Part shown: in pieces, positions 1 through 12,850 of the stretch
Position numbering within the stretch: position 1 is the stretch's first letter
How the letters are laid out: each line of letters begins with the position of its first letter
Assembly (NCBI RefSeq): GCF_016433145.1
Contig: NC_058132.1
Span: 87,133,860 to 87,197,859 of the forward strand
DNA from: Gracilinanus agilis
Lineage: Eukaryota
Length of the DNA: 64,000 nucleotides
Direction of reading: 5' to 3'
Notes under the pieces: generated by a model
Database searches by the model: none
Told to the model about the DNA's origin: nothing
Seen by the model: only the letters and a program-made list of their open reading frames with translations
Made by a program: the position numbers and the translations under genes

Positions 1-442
1 GCCCAGCCTTGGCGATGATGGGGTTGGTGAGGATAGTGGCATAGCGCAGGGGGTAGCAGATAGCCACGTAGCGGTCCAGCGCCATGAGCATGAGTACCCC
101 AGACTCCACCCCTGTGAACCCATGAACAAAGAACATTTGGGCTAGGCAGGCATCAAACTTGATCTCCTTTAAATTAAACCAGAAGATACTCAGGGCGTTG
201 GGGAGGGTAGTGGTACAGGTGAGGAGGTCGGTGAGGGAGAGCATTGCCAGGAAGAAGTACATCGGCTTGTGAAGGGACTCTTCATACTGGATGAGATACA
301 CAAGACCGAGGTTACCCACCAGAGATATGGCATACATAGCACAGAGAGGGAGAGAGATCCATAGATGGGCAGCTTCCAGGCCAGGAATGCCATTCAGGAT
401 GAAAGAGTCTGGGGCCACATAGGAACTGTTGAAAACTAGCAT
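1..442 (-). CDS. OR52N5: Class I olfactory receptor, OR52N family (OR52N5-like); first 147 codons, runs off the left edge
   Basis: Manual minus-strand translation from ATG at 442 has no stop: MLVFNSSYVAPDSFILNGIPGLEAAHLWISLPLC...LHKPMYFFLAMLS...FTGVESGVLMLMALDRYVAICYPLRY. It shows the N-terminal NxS sequon and the LHxPMY and MALDRYVAIC motifs. DLLTCTTTLPNAL matches human OR52N5 as I recall it; orthology is not tested. A pyrimidine-rich acceptor (minus-strand AG at 492-493) lies just upstream. Confidence 0.9.
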   Translation of the reverse strand, partial: MLVFNSSYVAPDSFILNGIPGLEAAHLWISLPLCAMYAISLVGNLGLVYLIQYEESLHKPMYFFLAMLSLTDLLTCTTTLPNALSIFWFNLKEIKFDACLAQMFFVHGFTGVESGVLMLMALDRYVAICYPLRYATILTNPIIAKAG

Positions 443-3400
443 GCTTGTCTTTAAGAAGAAGACTCTGTGGCTTCACGACAGATTCATTTTCCTTTAGGGT
501 AGAGAGGAAAGGAAATTGGGAAAATTAACATGGAATTTAAAACTTCCTAAAGAATCCAGACATGTTCTTTCCAACTTTAATATATGTGATATATTAAATG
601 ATAATATAAAAAAGATAGGAAAGAAACATCCTCAAGCATATTCTCAAGCAACCTGTGGGAAGGTGAATTCTACCAGATAAAAGTTCTGTTCTTTGACCAG
701 AAAGATAGAAATGAAATTCAAGGTTTTCATACCTTAACAGTAATGTTAACTATACTTACAAATGGATGTCCAGAGAACCAGTATCTTGTGCTCGTGGGAG
801 CAGGTCCCTTGAGGAGTCAGGAGGACGGACATATTGAAGACAGGAGCCCAAGGGTTGACTTGGCAAAACATCCTCATGTGAGGCCTTTGGACAGGTTTAA
901 AGAAAAAGCAACCTGTGCAATAGAAGTGGGGCATGCTATTAGGTTGGGAGATATGAGATATAAAGGTGAAAGAAAGTGATCCGGGCAGTCACCTGAGATC
1001 ATGATCCAAAAAGACATTGAAATGAAAAAAAAAATCACATCTTTTTTGGGGAAAAAATGGCCTATTCTCCATAATAGGCCAGTAACTTTTTTTGTTTTCT
1101 TTTGTTTTCTTTTTTCAATCAACAAATCTTTATCACCAACTTGGACTTCTTCACTATGTTCCAGGCCCACATTGTCTAAATGCTTACTGGACATCCAAAT
1201 CTACTGTCAGTGTCCCATTAGCTCCTCAAATTCAAAGGGGCCCCAAGTGAACTAACTTTCCCCAAAACTATGCTCCTATTTCTAATTTTATCCATTACAG
1301 TCTACCTATTGTATCTCATTGTGGAGAACATTGTAAAGATCAGACTTGAACAGTTGAGGAAGTAATAAAAGGGATTTTATCACTGGAGGGTAATAAATCT
1401 CATCTGGACACAAAGCATAAATATGAAAGAAAAACTTTGGGAAACAGATCAAGTCTTTCATGGAGGCATGACGGGAGAACTTTAAATATCTGTATAACCA
1501 CAGAAGCTCTCTCTGACCAAATCGGAGCAGGTGATACTTTCTTGACTTGAATTAGCAGAGGATGACTACAAAAATCTTGACATGACACTATTAGAATGTC
1601 ATCAGGAAGGCTAAAATGAAGAATGCATGAAATTTAAGGAGAAATTAATTCTAAGAGTAAGAAATATGGGTTTTTCTTAAGCCTTATTATGGGAAAGAAG
1701 AGAGTCAAAGACTGATAGTGTAGCTGAGTCAGGGTGAATTAATGATGGAGAAAAGGCTCTTTTAATTGTGAGGCTCTTATTTTTATAATCCTTGATTTCT
1801 CTGACCTCAATTTCAGGGTACAGCATGGGGAGACTTTAGGACTAGTACAGACTCTTGATTTTTGTTATCAATGAATTAATGAGTATAATAAGCTGGAAAA
1901 GATAGCATGGCATAGGACATAGTAGATTGGCCCTTCAATTATGAAGACCTGGATTTAGCTTCTGTTTATATAACCATAGATTACTTAATCTCTCTGGGCT
2001 TCCAGAAATTTTCTGAGGCAATAGATTATAGACAAATTTGCCTACCTATTGAGAATATGGTTCATTTTTTTACCTTGGACAAATGAAATCACAAATCTCA
2101 TTTTATTTTATTAGTCTTTTCAAAAAATGAATTAAGAATATTTTTCTGTGGTTACATGATTTATGTTCTTTCCTCTCCTCCCATTCCCCTCCTGTAGCTA
2201 TTCTACTGGGTTTTACATGTGTCACTGATCAAGACCTATTTCCATATTATTGATATTTGCATTAGGGCCACAAATCTGATTTTAATCTGATTTCAAAAGA
2301 ACAGTACAAGCTAAAGATTTTTCTTTAATAATAAACTAATGAAGAAATGAGAAAATAAAGTTCCTGGATAGAAAGGTATTTAGGCCTCAGAACACAGAGC
2401 AAAGAACTGATATTAAGGCAAAAGAATAGTAAGGACTAGACAATTGGAGTTAAGAGATTTGACCAGGGTCACACAGCTAGGAAGTGTCTAAGGTCAGATT
2501 TGAACCCAGGTTCTCCTGACTCCTGCTTTGGTGCTCTATCCACACTGAGCCACCTAGCTGCCTCTCTACTGACTTCCAGTCTCAAGTAGTTTGCCCAATT
2601 GCTTTCCTCATACACCAAAGCTAAAAGAAAATCATATATTTTATCTAGCCCCTGCCCCTAGAGAGAACTGTACCTAATTTCATTTAGGGAGAGGAAAAGA
2701 GAAATATTTCAGTCTTCCAATGCATCTGTAATCCCATCCATATAGACCTTCCCTCTATTGATATGGACCAAAAACTCATGTTATAAGGAAGAGAACTTTT
2801 ATGTCCTTTCCTGGATAGTCCCAAATCTGCCTCAGTTAAGATTACCTATTCTTCTCTGAATCCTGAATCACTGCAAATCTTGTTATCTTCTTTTTGTTTC
2901 ACCTTCTTCATTCAGAAATCAAGACAAATCTCTCCTTCTGTTCAGGTATGATAATGTATTTAAAACACTATGGGAACTCTAAAGCCCATAGAAATGTCAT
3001 TTCTCTGATTCTCATTCACCTCTGTGAGGCATTGTGAGATTACTTGGGTCCTTTATTCTGGGCTCCTTAGGAAGGATTTAGGAGTTATCTACATTCATGA
3101 TAAGATGGGATGAAACATTTTAAACAAAACTGATCATCTCATTTCCAAACACCTCCAAACAAAAATCTCTTACCCTTGTGAAGAAAAAAGGTGATGTGAG
3201 CACTGTCCATGCCAGGGAAAAAAACCAGCTTGGTCTGAAGTGGCATTGCCCGTCCTTATAGGACCTGGTCTGGAGTCTCCAGCCAATCTGTTTCTTTTTC
3301 ATCCCAAGAAAGAGATACTCCCTCATGTATTCCTTAAGACTAATGGAGCCTCCAGTGGGTGGGAAGATATGACACAGCATGGCATCCTGAAGGCTTTGAA

Positions 3401-3480
3401 AGGACTGATGAGGATGATGATGACTGATATTTATATTTTTAAATTTTCAGGCATATAAAGGCATATATGTGACTGTTTAT

Positions 3481-3637
3481 CAATAAAAAAAATACCCTTC
3501 TGTGATGAATGAGATCAGCAGTATCATACACAATTATTGTAATAGCAGTATCACACAGAATTATTGTAAGGATGGCTTACAATAATTCTGTATGATGCTG
3601 CTGATCTCATTCATCACAGAAGGGTATTTTTTTATTG
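3481..3637. mobile_element. Near-perfect palindrome with ~60 bp arms, MITE-like
   Basis: Left arm 3481-3542 is the reverse complement of right arm 3577-3637, with two substitutions and one A-run length difference. The core CCCTTC...GAAGGG is flanked by TA on both sides. Confidence 0.6.
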
Positions 3638-4849
3638 GGAAACTTTCCTATCTCTTTTGCTCCAGGCTCTTCCCACCTACTACTCATCAGGTTTACTTAA
3701 AACACCTTATGAAGACTGAGGGAAATCTCAGAAAATTAGGGATTTCCCTTACCCAAATATCCAAATATCATATCCAAAGATATGACTCAGAGTCTTTGAC
3801 GTCCTAATCAGGAAAGCCATAAAGTCCCAAAATTATAAATTTAATCAATTTCCAGTGGACTATCTGTGGAGTCAGCTATTCTATTTAATAAGTCTACTGG
3901 AAGAATATAGGAGTCAATTCAATTTAATTCAAAAGTTCTTATTAGGCCTTAGAGGTTATAAACATAATAGACCCTGCCATCAAGGATTTCACATTTTATT
4001 AGAGGGAAACAACATTTACCCATTTAAGAAAATACAAAATTCATATAATTTCTAGGAGGATGACATATCTAATGTGAAGGGTAGTTTGTTGATGATTGAA
4101 TAGAGATTCCAGAAGACACGTTGGAAGAATGGCCTTCCAAGGAACATCCTTGACAAGGATAGGGAACATGGGAGGGATAGGGCTACTATGGATGGGTGTG
4201 AGGGAACAAGGACAGGTGGGTCAGGGAAGGAAGCTTAGATCTAAACAGACTTCAACTTAGATTCATGGAGATTCTGAGTTCATTATAAGAAAGCAGATTG
4301 GTGGTAGTTTACATAGAAGAAAATGGTGATGTTAATTTGATTATCAATCTTTGAGTAAGAGGTGGAAGACTGAGGATGAAGGGATATGGAGGCCTGTCTA
4401 GTGGTCAAGATAATGGTTAATAGAGTCTTGGGGCCATGCTGGCTATAGAGGGGAGAGATATATTTGAGGTTCTCACTCTCCAATTTCTATTCCAAGTATC
4501 CCTTCAATTTTGAAATAGATTAAATATCTCAAATATCTTAAATACCTTTTCTTCTTTTTTATTCCTTACCTTCTGCCTTAGAATTCATACTATGGATCAG
4601 TTCTAAGACAGAAACGTGGTAAGAGTTAGGGAATTTGAATTAAGTGACTTCCCCCAAGGTCCCACAGCTAGGAAGTATCTGAGGACAGATTTGAACTCAG
4701 GATATCTCTGTCTCTAGGCCTGGCTCTCTTAGATCCACTGAGCCACCTAGCTGCCCCTAGGCATATATTTCTGACTTTGCTCCAAAGAACCATGACCAAT
4801 GAAGACACAGAGGAGATTCCACCTGCCTAGTTCCTGAGCTCCAAAGCAA

Positions 4850-6470
4850 TGTTTTTATTTTTAAAAATATTTTTCCATGTTTACATATTTTATTTTCTTT
4901 CCCTCTCTATCCTCCCCCCTCCTCAACCCAATAAGTACTTTCACTGGGTTATACAAATGTTATCACTTATGCCTATTTCCATATTATTCATTTTTGCAAT
5001 AGAGCAATCTTTAAAAACCAAACTCCCAAATCATATATCCATATAAACAAATGATAAGTCATTTATTTTTCTTCTGTGTTTCTACTCCACAGTTCTTTCT
5101 CTTGAAGTGGATAGCATTCTTTCTCATAGGTCCCTTGGGATTGTCTTGTATTAGCAAAGTCGATTACATTGTATTGTTCCACAATGTTTCACTTTCTGTG
5201 TATAATGTTCTCTTGATTCTGCTCATTTCACTCTGCATCAGTTCCTGGAGGTTCATCCAGTTCATATAGAAATCCTCCAATTCAGCATTCCTTATAGCAC
5301 AATTGTATTCCATCACCATCAGATACCACAATTTGTTCAGCCTTTTCTCAATCAAGTGACACCCCCTTATTTTCCAATTTTTTGCCACCACAAAAAACGC
5401 AGTTATGAATATTTTTGTACAAACATTTTTCATTATTATCTCTTTAGGGTACAAACCTAGCAGTGGTATGGCTAGATCAAAGATCAAGCCATATATAAAT
5501 AAAAGATTCTTTTAAAGCCCTTTGGACATAGTTCCAAACTATCTTCCAGAATGGTTGGAACAGTTCAAACTTACCAGCAATGCATTAGTGTCCCGATTTT
5601 GCCACAACCCTTCCAACTTTTATTATTTTCCTTTACTGTCAGATTGGCCAATCTGCTAGGTGTGAGATAGTACCTCAGAGTTGTTTTGATTTGCATTTCT
5701 CTAATTATGAAAGATTTAAAACAGTTTTTCATGTGCTTATTGATAGTTTTGATTTCTTCATGTGAAAACTGCTTCTTCATGTTCCTTGACCATTTGTCCA
5801 TTGGGGAATGGCTTGATTTTTTTTTTTTTTGTACAATTGACTTAGCTCTTTATAAATTGGAGGAATTAGACCTTTTTCAGAGGGTTTTGTTATAAATTTT
5901 TTCCCCCAATTTGTTGCTTCCATTCTAATTTTGGTTGCATTGATTTTATTTGTATGGAAATTTTTAATTTAGTGTAATCAAAATTATTCATTTTATATTT
6001 TGTAATGTTCTTTATCTCTTGCTTGGCCTTAAATTCTTTCTTTTCCCATAGATCTGATAGGTATATTATTCTATGTTCACCTAGTTTACTTATAATTTCC
6101 CTCTTTATATTTAAGTCATTTACCCATTATTATTTTATCTTGGTATAGGGTGTGAGATGTTGATCTAAACCTAATTTCTCCCATACTGTTTTCCAATTCT
6201 TCCAGCAGTTTTTGTCAAATTGTGGATTCTTGTCCCAAAAGCTGGGATTTAGGGTTTTATCGAACACTATCTTGCTGAGGGCATTTACCCCAAATCTATT
6301 GCATTGATCCACCCTTCTCTCTCTTAGCCAATACCATGTTATTTTGATGATCACTGCTTTATAGTACAGTTTAAGATCTGGTACTGCTAGGCCTCCATCC
6401 TTTACATTTTTTTTATTAGTTCACTTGACATTCTTGATATTTTGTTCTTCCAAATGAACTTTGCTCCAAA
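4850..6470 (-). mobile_element. 5'-truncated LINE-1 (ORF2 C-terminus plus 3' UTR), marsupial L1
   Basis: ORF-track peptides 6130-6354 (WYW...FDKNCWKNWKTVW...LTPYTKI), 5571-5801 (IREMQIKTTLRYYLTP) and 5164-5487 (AIPLLGLYPKEI...WYLMVMEY) are L1 ORF2 C-terminal motifs broken by stops and frameshifts. Confidence 0.9.
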
Positions 6471-7709
6471 GTAATTTGGGTGTCATTAAATTTAGAATTC
6501 TAAGACGAAATGATCATCTTATTAATTTGCTTATCAATTATGGGTAAAATGGGCAACTAAGTGGTAGAGTGGATAGAATACCAGGCCTGGAATCAAGAAG
6601 ATTCATCTTCTTGGGTTCAACCCTGGCCTCAGTCACTTACTATCTGTTTGAACTTGGGCAAGTCACTTAATCCTGTTTACCACTGTTTCCTCATCTGTAA
6701 AAAGTGCTAGAGAAAGAAAATGCAAACCACTCCAGTATCTTCGCCAAGAAAACCCTAGATAGGGTCATGAAGAGTTGATCAAACAACAAAAAGTATGGGT
6801 AAAATAAAAGAGTCAATAAAGATCGAAACTTTTCGTTTGTTTTTAAATTCAATTTTCTTTTTTTTTCAACTATACATAGAAATAATTTTTGACAATTGTT
6901 TTCTAACATTTTGCGATTCCGATTCTCTCCTTCCCTCCCTATCCCTCCTCCATGAGGTGGTAAATAATCTAATATAGGTTATACCAGTGTTTTCATGCAA
7001 TATATATTTTAATAGTCTCCATGTTATGGCTAAAGACATACATCACATGTACAACAAAAAACTCATGAAGTAAATAAAGTGAAAGATGATTTGCTTTGAT
7101 CTGTGATCAGATTCCAACAGTTTCTTCTTTAGCTGTGGATAGCATTTTTTATTATGAGTCCTTTGGGGTTATCTTGGACCCTTGTTTTGCTAATAATAGT
7201 TTAGTTCTGAGACTGAAGCTTTTCTAGGCAAAGAACCTCTACAAGAAAGAAGCCGAGCCAAGGGTGAACCTTTTCCATGTAGAAAAAGGCATGTTCCCAT
7301 TGGGAGAATCAGTATGTTCTGTGCTCCCTGTTGTTTTTTTTTTTGTTGTCGTTGTTATTGTTGTTTTTCTAAAAGGAACAGAAGTCTGTATCCTAACATA
7401 AATCTCCTTTTGGACTCACATCACAGGAAGGATCTTGTCAGACTTGGGACAACTCAGGTGATAGCCTCAATCTGTCTGAAAGAAAGTTTGTGATAGTGAA
7501 AAGGACCCTGGAGTTACAAACAGAATATATGGGTTCTAGTTTCAGTTGTACCATTAATTAGAAGATACCCTTGGGCACACCATCAAAGTTCTCAAGCATT
7601 TTGATGCTTATCTGTAAAATAGGTATGATCATCCTTGTTCTGATTTCCTTACAGGATTATTGTGAAAGATCATATGACATGACAGAATTGTTTGTTTTTT
7701 CCTCTAAAG

Positions 7710-7903
7710 CAGTGGTTCCCAAACTTTTTTGGCCTACTGCCCCCTTTCCAGAAAAAATATTACTTAGCCCCCTGGAAATTAATTTTTTTTTAAATTTTAA
7801 TAGCAATTAATAGGAAAGATAAATGCACCTGTGGCCATCACTGCTTTCCTAGATCATTGCAGCACCCACCAGGGGGCAGTGGCGTCCACTTTGGGAATCA
7901 CTG
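7710..7903 (+). mobile_element. Non-autonomous hAT (Charlie-type) MITE, copy A, carrying a CTCF core motif
   Basis: TIRs CAGTGGTTCCCAAA...TTTGGGAATCACTG; perfect 8-bp TSD CTCTAAAG (7702-7709 and 7904-7911); CCACCAGGGGGCAG at 7866-7879. Confidence 0.9.
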
Positions 7904-8203
7904 CTCTAAAGTATAATTTATATGTATATAATGGATTATTTTCCCTTTGGTTGGCATTTTTTTATTCAAGGATATTTCATTTTCCCAATTACATGTAATA
8001 ACAACTTTCAACAGTTGATTGGCATTTTATTTTTTTTTTAATTTCAATTAATTTCATATTTTAAAAAATTATTCATTTTTTAATAACACATTTCCACATT
8101 AGTTTTCCAAAATGATATGATCCATTTTGCCTCCCTCTCTTCTTCCCTCCCCACTTGTGGAGCTGACAAAGCAGTTCTTTGATTGTCATTTTAAAGGAGC
8201 TCC

Positions 8204-9169
8204 TCAGATGCTTTGAGAGGAAGCATCTTTTTTCTGAAAGAAGAATCTAATGACACAATTCCGAATCTGCTTGGTCTTTACCCCGTAGACGATGGGGTTC
8301 ATAGTGGGGGGCAGGAGCAAATAGAGATTGGCCATAATGATATGGATGTGTGGTGGTATGGTGTGGCCTCCAAAGCGGTGGGTGAAGAAGGTAAAGAAAG
8401 CTGGAACATAAGTGATGACGATGGCACAGAGGTGCGCCGTGCAGGTGCCAAAGGCCTTCTGCCGGGCGTCTGCGGATTTCAGGCTGACCACTGCTTTGAG
8501 GATCATGGTGTAGGAGACGGTGATACAGAGGATGTCAAAGCCCCCGATGAGAAGGGCAACCATCAGACCATACACGGCATTGACCTTTACGTTGCCGCAG
8601 GACACTTTGGCCACAGACATGTGGTCGCAGTAGGTGTGGGGGATGAGATTCCCCCGGCAGTAGGGCAGCCTCTTGGTGAGGAAAGCGAAGGGAATGACCA
8701 GCATGACGCCTCTCAGGAAGGTAAGGAGCCCAGCCTTGGCGATGACGGGCCTGGTGAGGATGGCACCATAGCGCAGTGGGAAGCAGATGGCCACGTAGCG
8801 GTCAAGGGCCATGAGCATGAGCATCCCGGACTCCATCCCCGTGAAAGTGTGGACAAAGAACATCTGAACCAAGCAGGCATTGAAGTCGATCTCCTTGAGG
8901 TTGAACCAAAAGATGAAGAGCGTGTTGGGCAGGGTGCTGGTGCACATCAGCACGTCTGTGAAGGACAGCATGGCCAGGAAGATGTACATGGGCCGATGCA
9001 GGGCTTCCTCCCCGTAGATGAGATACATGAGGCCAAAGTTCCCTGTGATGGCGATGACGTACATGGTGCAGAATGGGAGGGAGATCCATCCGTGCGCTGC
9101 TTCCAGCCCTGGAATGCCATTGAGGATGAACGAGCTTGGGGTCAAGCTGCTGGTATTTGGAACTGACAT
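8204..9169 (-). CDS. OR52N2: Intact class I olfactory receptor, OR52N2-like, 321 aa
   Basis: Single-exon ORF with the full OR motif set: NTS sequon, LHRPMY, MALDRYVAIC, HTYCDHMSVAKVSC, KAFGTC, PPTMNPIVYGVKTKQIR. It closely resembles human OR52N2 as I recall it; 1:1 orthology is not tested. Confidence 0.95.
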   Translation of the reverse strand: MSVPNTSSLTPSSFILNGIPGLEAAHGWISLPFCTMYVIAITGNFGLMYLIYGEEALHRPMYIFLAMLSFTDVLMCTSTLPNTLFIFWFNLKEIDFNACLVQMFFVHTFTGMESGMLMLMALDRYVAICFPLRYGAILTRPVIAKAGLLTFLRGVMLVIPFAFLTKRLPYCRGNLIPHTYCDHMSVAKVSCGNVKVNAVYGLMVALLIGGFDILCITVSYTMILKAVVSLKSADARQKAFGTCTAHLCAIVITYVPAFFTFFTHRFGGHTIPPHIHIIMANLYLLLPPTMNPIVYGVKTKQIRNCVIRFFFQKKDASSQSI

Positions 9170-9309
9170 GCTTGAACCCAGAACGTCATGATATATGACC
9201 CAAAATAGAACAACCTCTACAAATGGAAAGAAAAGAGGAAGCTAAAGATTTCCTGTAAAACTGCATGGAACACATGAAAAAATAGCTATAATACAGCATA
9301 CTCCATGAA

Positions 9310-12300
9310 TCAGTCAATAAACATTTATTAAGAATCTACTATGTGGCAGGCAATGTAATAAGATCTGAGGATACAGAAACAGGCAAAAGACTGTCTCTGT
9401 TCTCAAATAGCTCTCAGTCTAGTGAATGAGACAACATGCAAAGAAATATGCACAAACAAGTTATATGCAGGCTATATTGAATGAATGTATATTTTAAATA
9501 TAGCCTGCACATATCTTTATATTTTAATTCTAGTCCTTTCCTTCTATTGACTGTTTTTGAAAGTGAAGATAATACATAGAAGGAAAGCACTAAAATTAAG
9601 ATATATAGGATATATATGTATACATACATACATATATATAATATCTGATAAATTGAAGATAATCAATACAAGGAAAATATTGGAATTAAGAGGGGTAGGG
9701 ACAGGCTTCCTCTAGACCAGTGGTTCCCAAACTTTTTTGGCCTACCGCCCCCTTTCCTGAAAAAATATTACTTAGTGCCCTGGAAATTATGAAACTATTT
9801 ATTGAACTCAGAAGAGAATGTAATACAAAAAAAAGTGTGGCCATCACTGCCTCCCTAGATTGCTGCAGCACCCACCAGGGGGCGGTAGCACCCACTTTGG
9901 GAATCTGCTCTCTATGGTAGGATTTTGGCTGGGACTTGAAGGAAGCCAAAGAAGCCAGGAGATAACAGGAGAGAGAATCCCAGGCCTTTGGGACAGTCAG
10001 TTAAAATGCCCAGGGTAAGAGAATGAAGTGTTTTGTTTGAGGAACAGCAAGAAGGCCAGGTATAAGAACTTAAGAAGACAGGAAAGGCAGAGGGAAGACA
10101 AATTCTAAAATTTGAACTCCCAAGAGAAGATTTTATATTTGATCTTGGAGTTGATAGGGAGCCAGTGAAGTTTATTGAGAAGGGAATTGGCAGGGTTGAC
10201 CTGAGCTTTAGGAAAGTAATTTTTGGCAGCTGAATGGATGAGGAACTGGAGTGGGGAGAGACTTGGCAGAATCAATCAATAGGGCTGGTTATGTCAGAAG
10301 AGAGAAGAGTGTATAGAGAGAGATGTTACAAAAGGAAAATTGTCAGTCATTGGCAATAGGTTAGATGTGGCTAATGGGAAGGAGTGAGGAACAGAGGTAT
10401 GGAGGATGATACCTAGACTGAGATCCTTGGTGGCTAGTGAGTGATACACACATGCTGAAAATAGACATATGGGAGAATGGTAGAGCCTTTAACATTAATA
10501 GGGAAGTTAGGAAGAAGAGGGGGTTTGTTGGGAGAGAAATGAGTTCAGATTTGGACGTTTTGAGTTCAAGATGTCTAAGGGACACCCATTTTGAGATGAA
10601 AGGCAGTTGGAGAAAGAAAGAGGTCAGCAGAGAGATGATTACTAGAATCTACAATTGCCAATCATTAGCTTGGAGGTAATAGATAAATCTGTGGGAGTCA
10701 GTGAAATCATCAAGTGAAATAATGTGAAGAGGGGAAGCAAATAGATCCCAGAACAAAGTCCTGTGTGGAAACCAAAGGTTGGTAGGTATGGCCTGGATGA
10801 AGATTCAGCAAAGGACATTAAAAGGGGGTTAGTCAGAAAAAAAGAAAACGACAAAAAACCACCCCAATTGTTGAGTATGTTGGCTTTGTTGCTCACTCTT
10901 CTTTTCTCTTTTTGAAATATATGAAGTTATTCTTTTTTCTGTCTTTTTTCTTTTGTAAACTTTTTGTTTTGTTTAAAATGGCTTTATAAAAGGGTTTACC
11001 TTCTTTCTTGGAATGGATACTAAGAATTGGTTTCAAGATGGAAGAGAAGTAAGGGCTAGGCAATGGAGATGAGTGACTTGCCTCCCCCCCCCCAAAAAAA
11101 AAGGATTCGTTAGAAGTAGGAGGAGAATGAAGAGACAGTAATGTCATGAGAACTTAGAGAGAAGATGGTTTCAAGGAGAAGAAGAAGCTTTCAGCAAATG
11201 GTCTCTTTTTTTCCCAGTAAAATTTGAAAAATTGAAAAATAATTCCTCAGGTTTGGAGGAAGGATGAAAAGATTTGGAATTGCTGCTGTGGTGGTGGGTT
11301 AGTGAGTTAATTAGGGAAGGGTAAAATAATTACTTTGCAGCAATGAGGGCCCAGATGAAATTATAAAACATAAATTTATTATGACCCTGTTTGTTTTGAC
11401 TCAAATTTGTTATAACCCAATCAGCAGTTTCTTGATTTTTCTCCAGCTTTGTTGTTCAGTCATTTCAGTCCAGTTTGACTCTTTCTGACCACATCTGAAA
11501 TTTTCTTAGCAAAAATATTGGAGTGGTTTGCCATTTCCTTCTCCTACTCATTTTACAGATTAGGAAACTGAGGCAAACAGTGACTTTCTTAGGGTCACAC
11601 AGCTAATTTCTCCATGTATAATAGAGATGACTGCTGATGGAGGAAGGGATCCAAGGCTGAGACTTTGAAGAAAATCAGCAATAAAATAAGAGGTCAAGGG
11701 TCTCAAGAGAGAAGAAGAAAGTGTAAAGTTGAACTGGTTCATCAAAGGGGCAAGATGAGAAAGGGAGAAAAAATGTAGCCAGTGGACTGTGGCCTGAGAA
11801 AGAACTGAGGAGTGGAGGGATTCAAGTCCAAAGCATGGAGGAAGAGTGTTTGGATTTGCAACTTAGAGGGATAGATGGAATGGCAATGCATTATAATTGG
11901 ATAAGGGGATTTTCTGAGTTCTTAAACATTTGTAGGAGATGGTAAGATCCCTCTCAGTCATCTCTGTAACAGAGATAGAGTGGAGGCTTAGGTCCTGTAA
12001 AATGAGAAATGATTTATGAGATTGGGATGTTGAAGGAGTATCAGTATGAAAGTTGAAGCCAATCCCTAGTGTTGGGTCAAGAGTGGAGAAGGAAAAAAAT
12101 ACTGTGAGCAAGGAATCAAAGACATTGAAGAAAGGGGGGTGTAGTTAGGGGTCATGAGGTATCAGAATTTTGATTGGGTGGTAGATAAGGATTAAGTGAA
12201 CCTCAGAGGAGAAGTTAGAATAAGGGTAGTAGAGAGAGAATCAGGAATTCTCAGGAAGGAGCAAGGAATATTTCAATTCATCTCCCTTGACCAGGAGAAT

Positions 12301-12850
12301 GAGGAGAAGACTGGCCAATTCTGGAAAGAGAGACCAGGGAGGCTGTGTTATTCGGAAAGAGTCAGTTCTTGGTGATAGCCTGAAGATGGAAGGAAAAGGA
12401 AAAGAAAAATATTAAGATGAAAGCAAGTTCATTGCCTATGGAACAGGAATTCCAGCGAATACAGTAGAACAGGTGGGTAACTTTAGAGTGGGATATTGGG
12501 GGTGGGTGGGAGTGGGAATAAGGAAAGGGCTGGAAAGGGATAGGTTTGAATGATTAACTCCAGGAGTTCAGAATCGTTGGGAGGGATGGGTATGAATAAG
12601 GGGAAAGTGCAGATGAGAATCATGAACAAAGTACTATGAGAGGTCAAGGGAAGTCTGATAATTTTTGTTGGTTTGTTTGGTTTTTGACTGTGAGGGTCAG
12701 CAAAGACTTTGAAGGAAAGACAATATTTGGTGAATGTCCAAAAGAATGGGTAGATTGCCAACAGGTAGAAATGACCTAGAAGAAGGAAATTCTAGACCCA
12801 GAGCACAGAATGAGCAAAGTTAGAAAAGTCAGGAATATGGGAAATCAAGG
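9310..12850 (-). mobile_element. Long decayed LINE-2 remnant, interrupted by MITE copy B and several SINEs
   Basis: Reverse-complement L2 3' end (tcaataaacatttattaag...ctactatgtggcaggc) at about 9315, followed by purine-rich L2 ORF2-like sequence. Boundaries are approximate. Confidence 0.65.
9718..9907 (+). mobile_element. hAT MITE copy B (same family and orientation as copy A), carrying a CTCF core motif
   Basis: Starts CAGTGGTTCCCAAACTTTTTTGGCCTAC; the right TIR TTTGGGAATC-TG lacks 2 nt; the TSD is imperfect (CTCTAGAC versus CTCTCTAT); CCACCAGGGGGCGG at 9872-9885. Confidence 0.85.

Noticed and set aside
5164-6354. L1-derived ORFs as functional genes (also 51058-51273, 50901-51464, 52564-52923)
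   Set aside because: Fragmented L1 ORF2 or its antisense, with stops and frameshifts.
8213-9166. 317-aa antisense ORF as a real protein
   Set aside because: It is exactly in register with the OR, starts at TTG and has no recognisable domain. The OR's avoidance of TTA/CTA/TCA codons explains it; kept only as evidence of GC bias.
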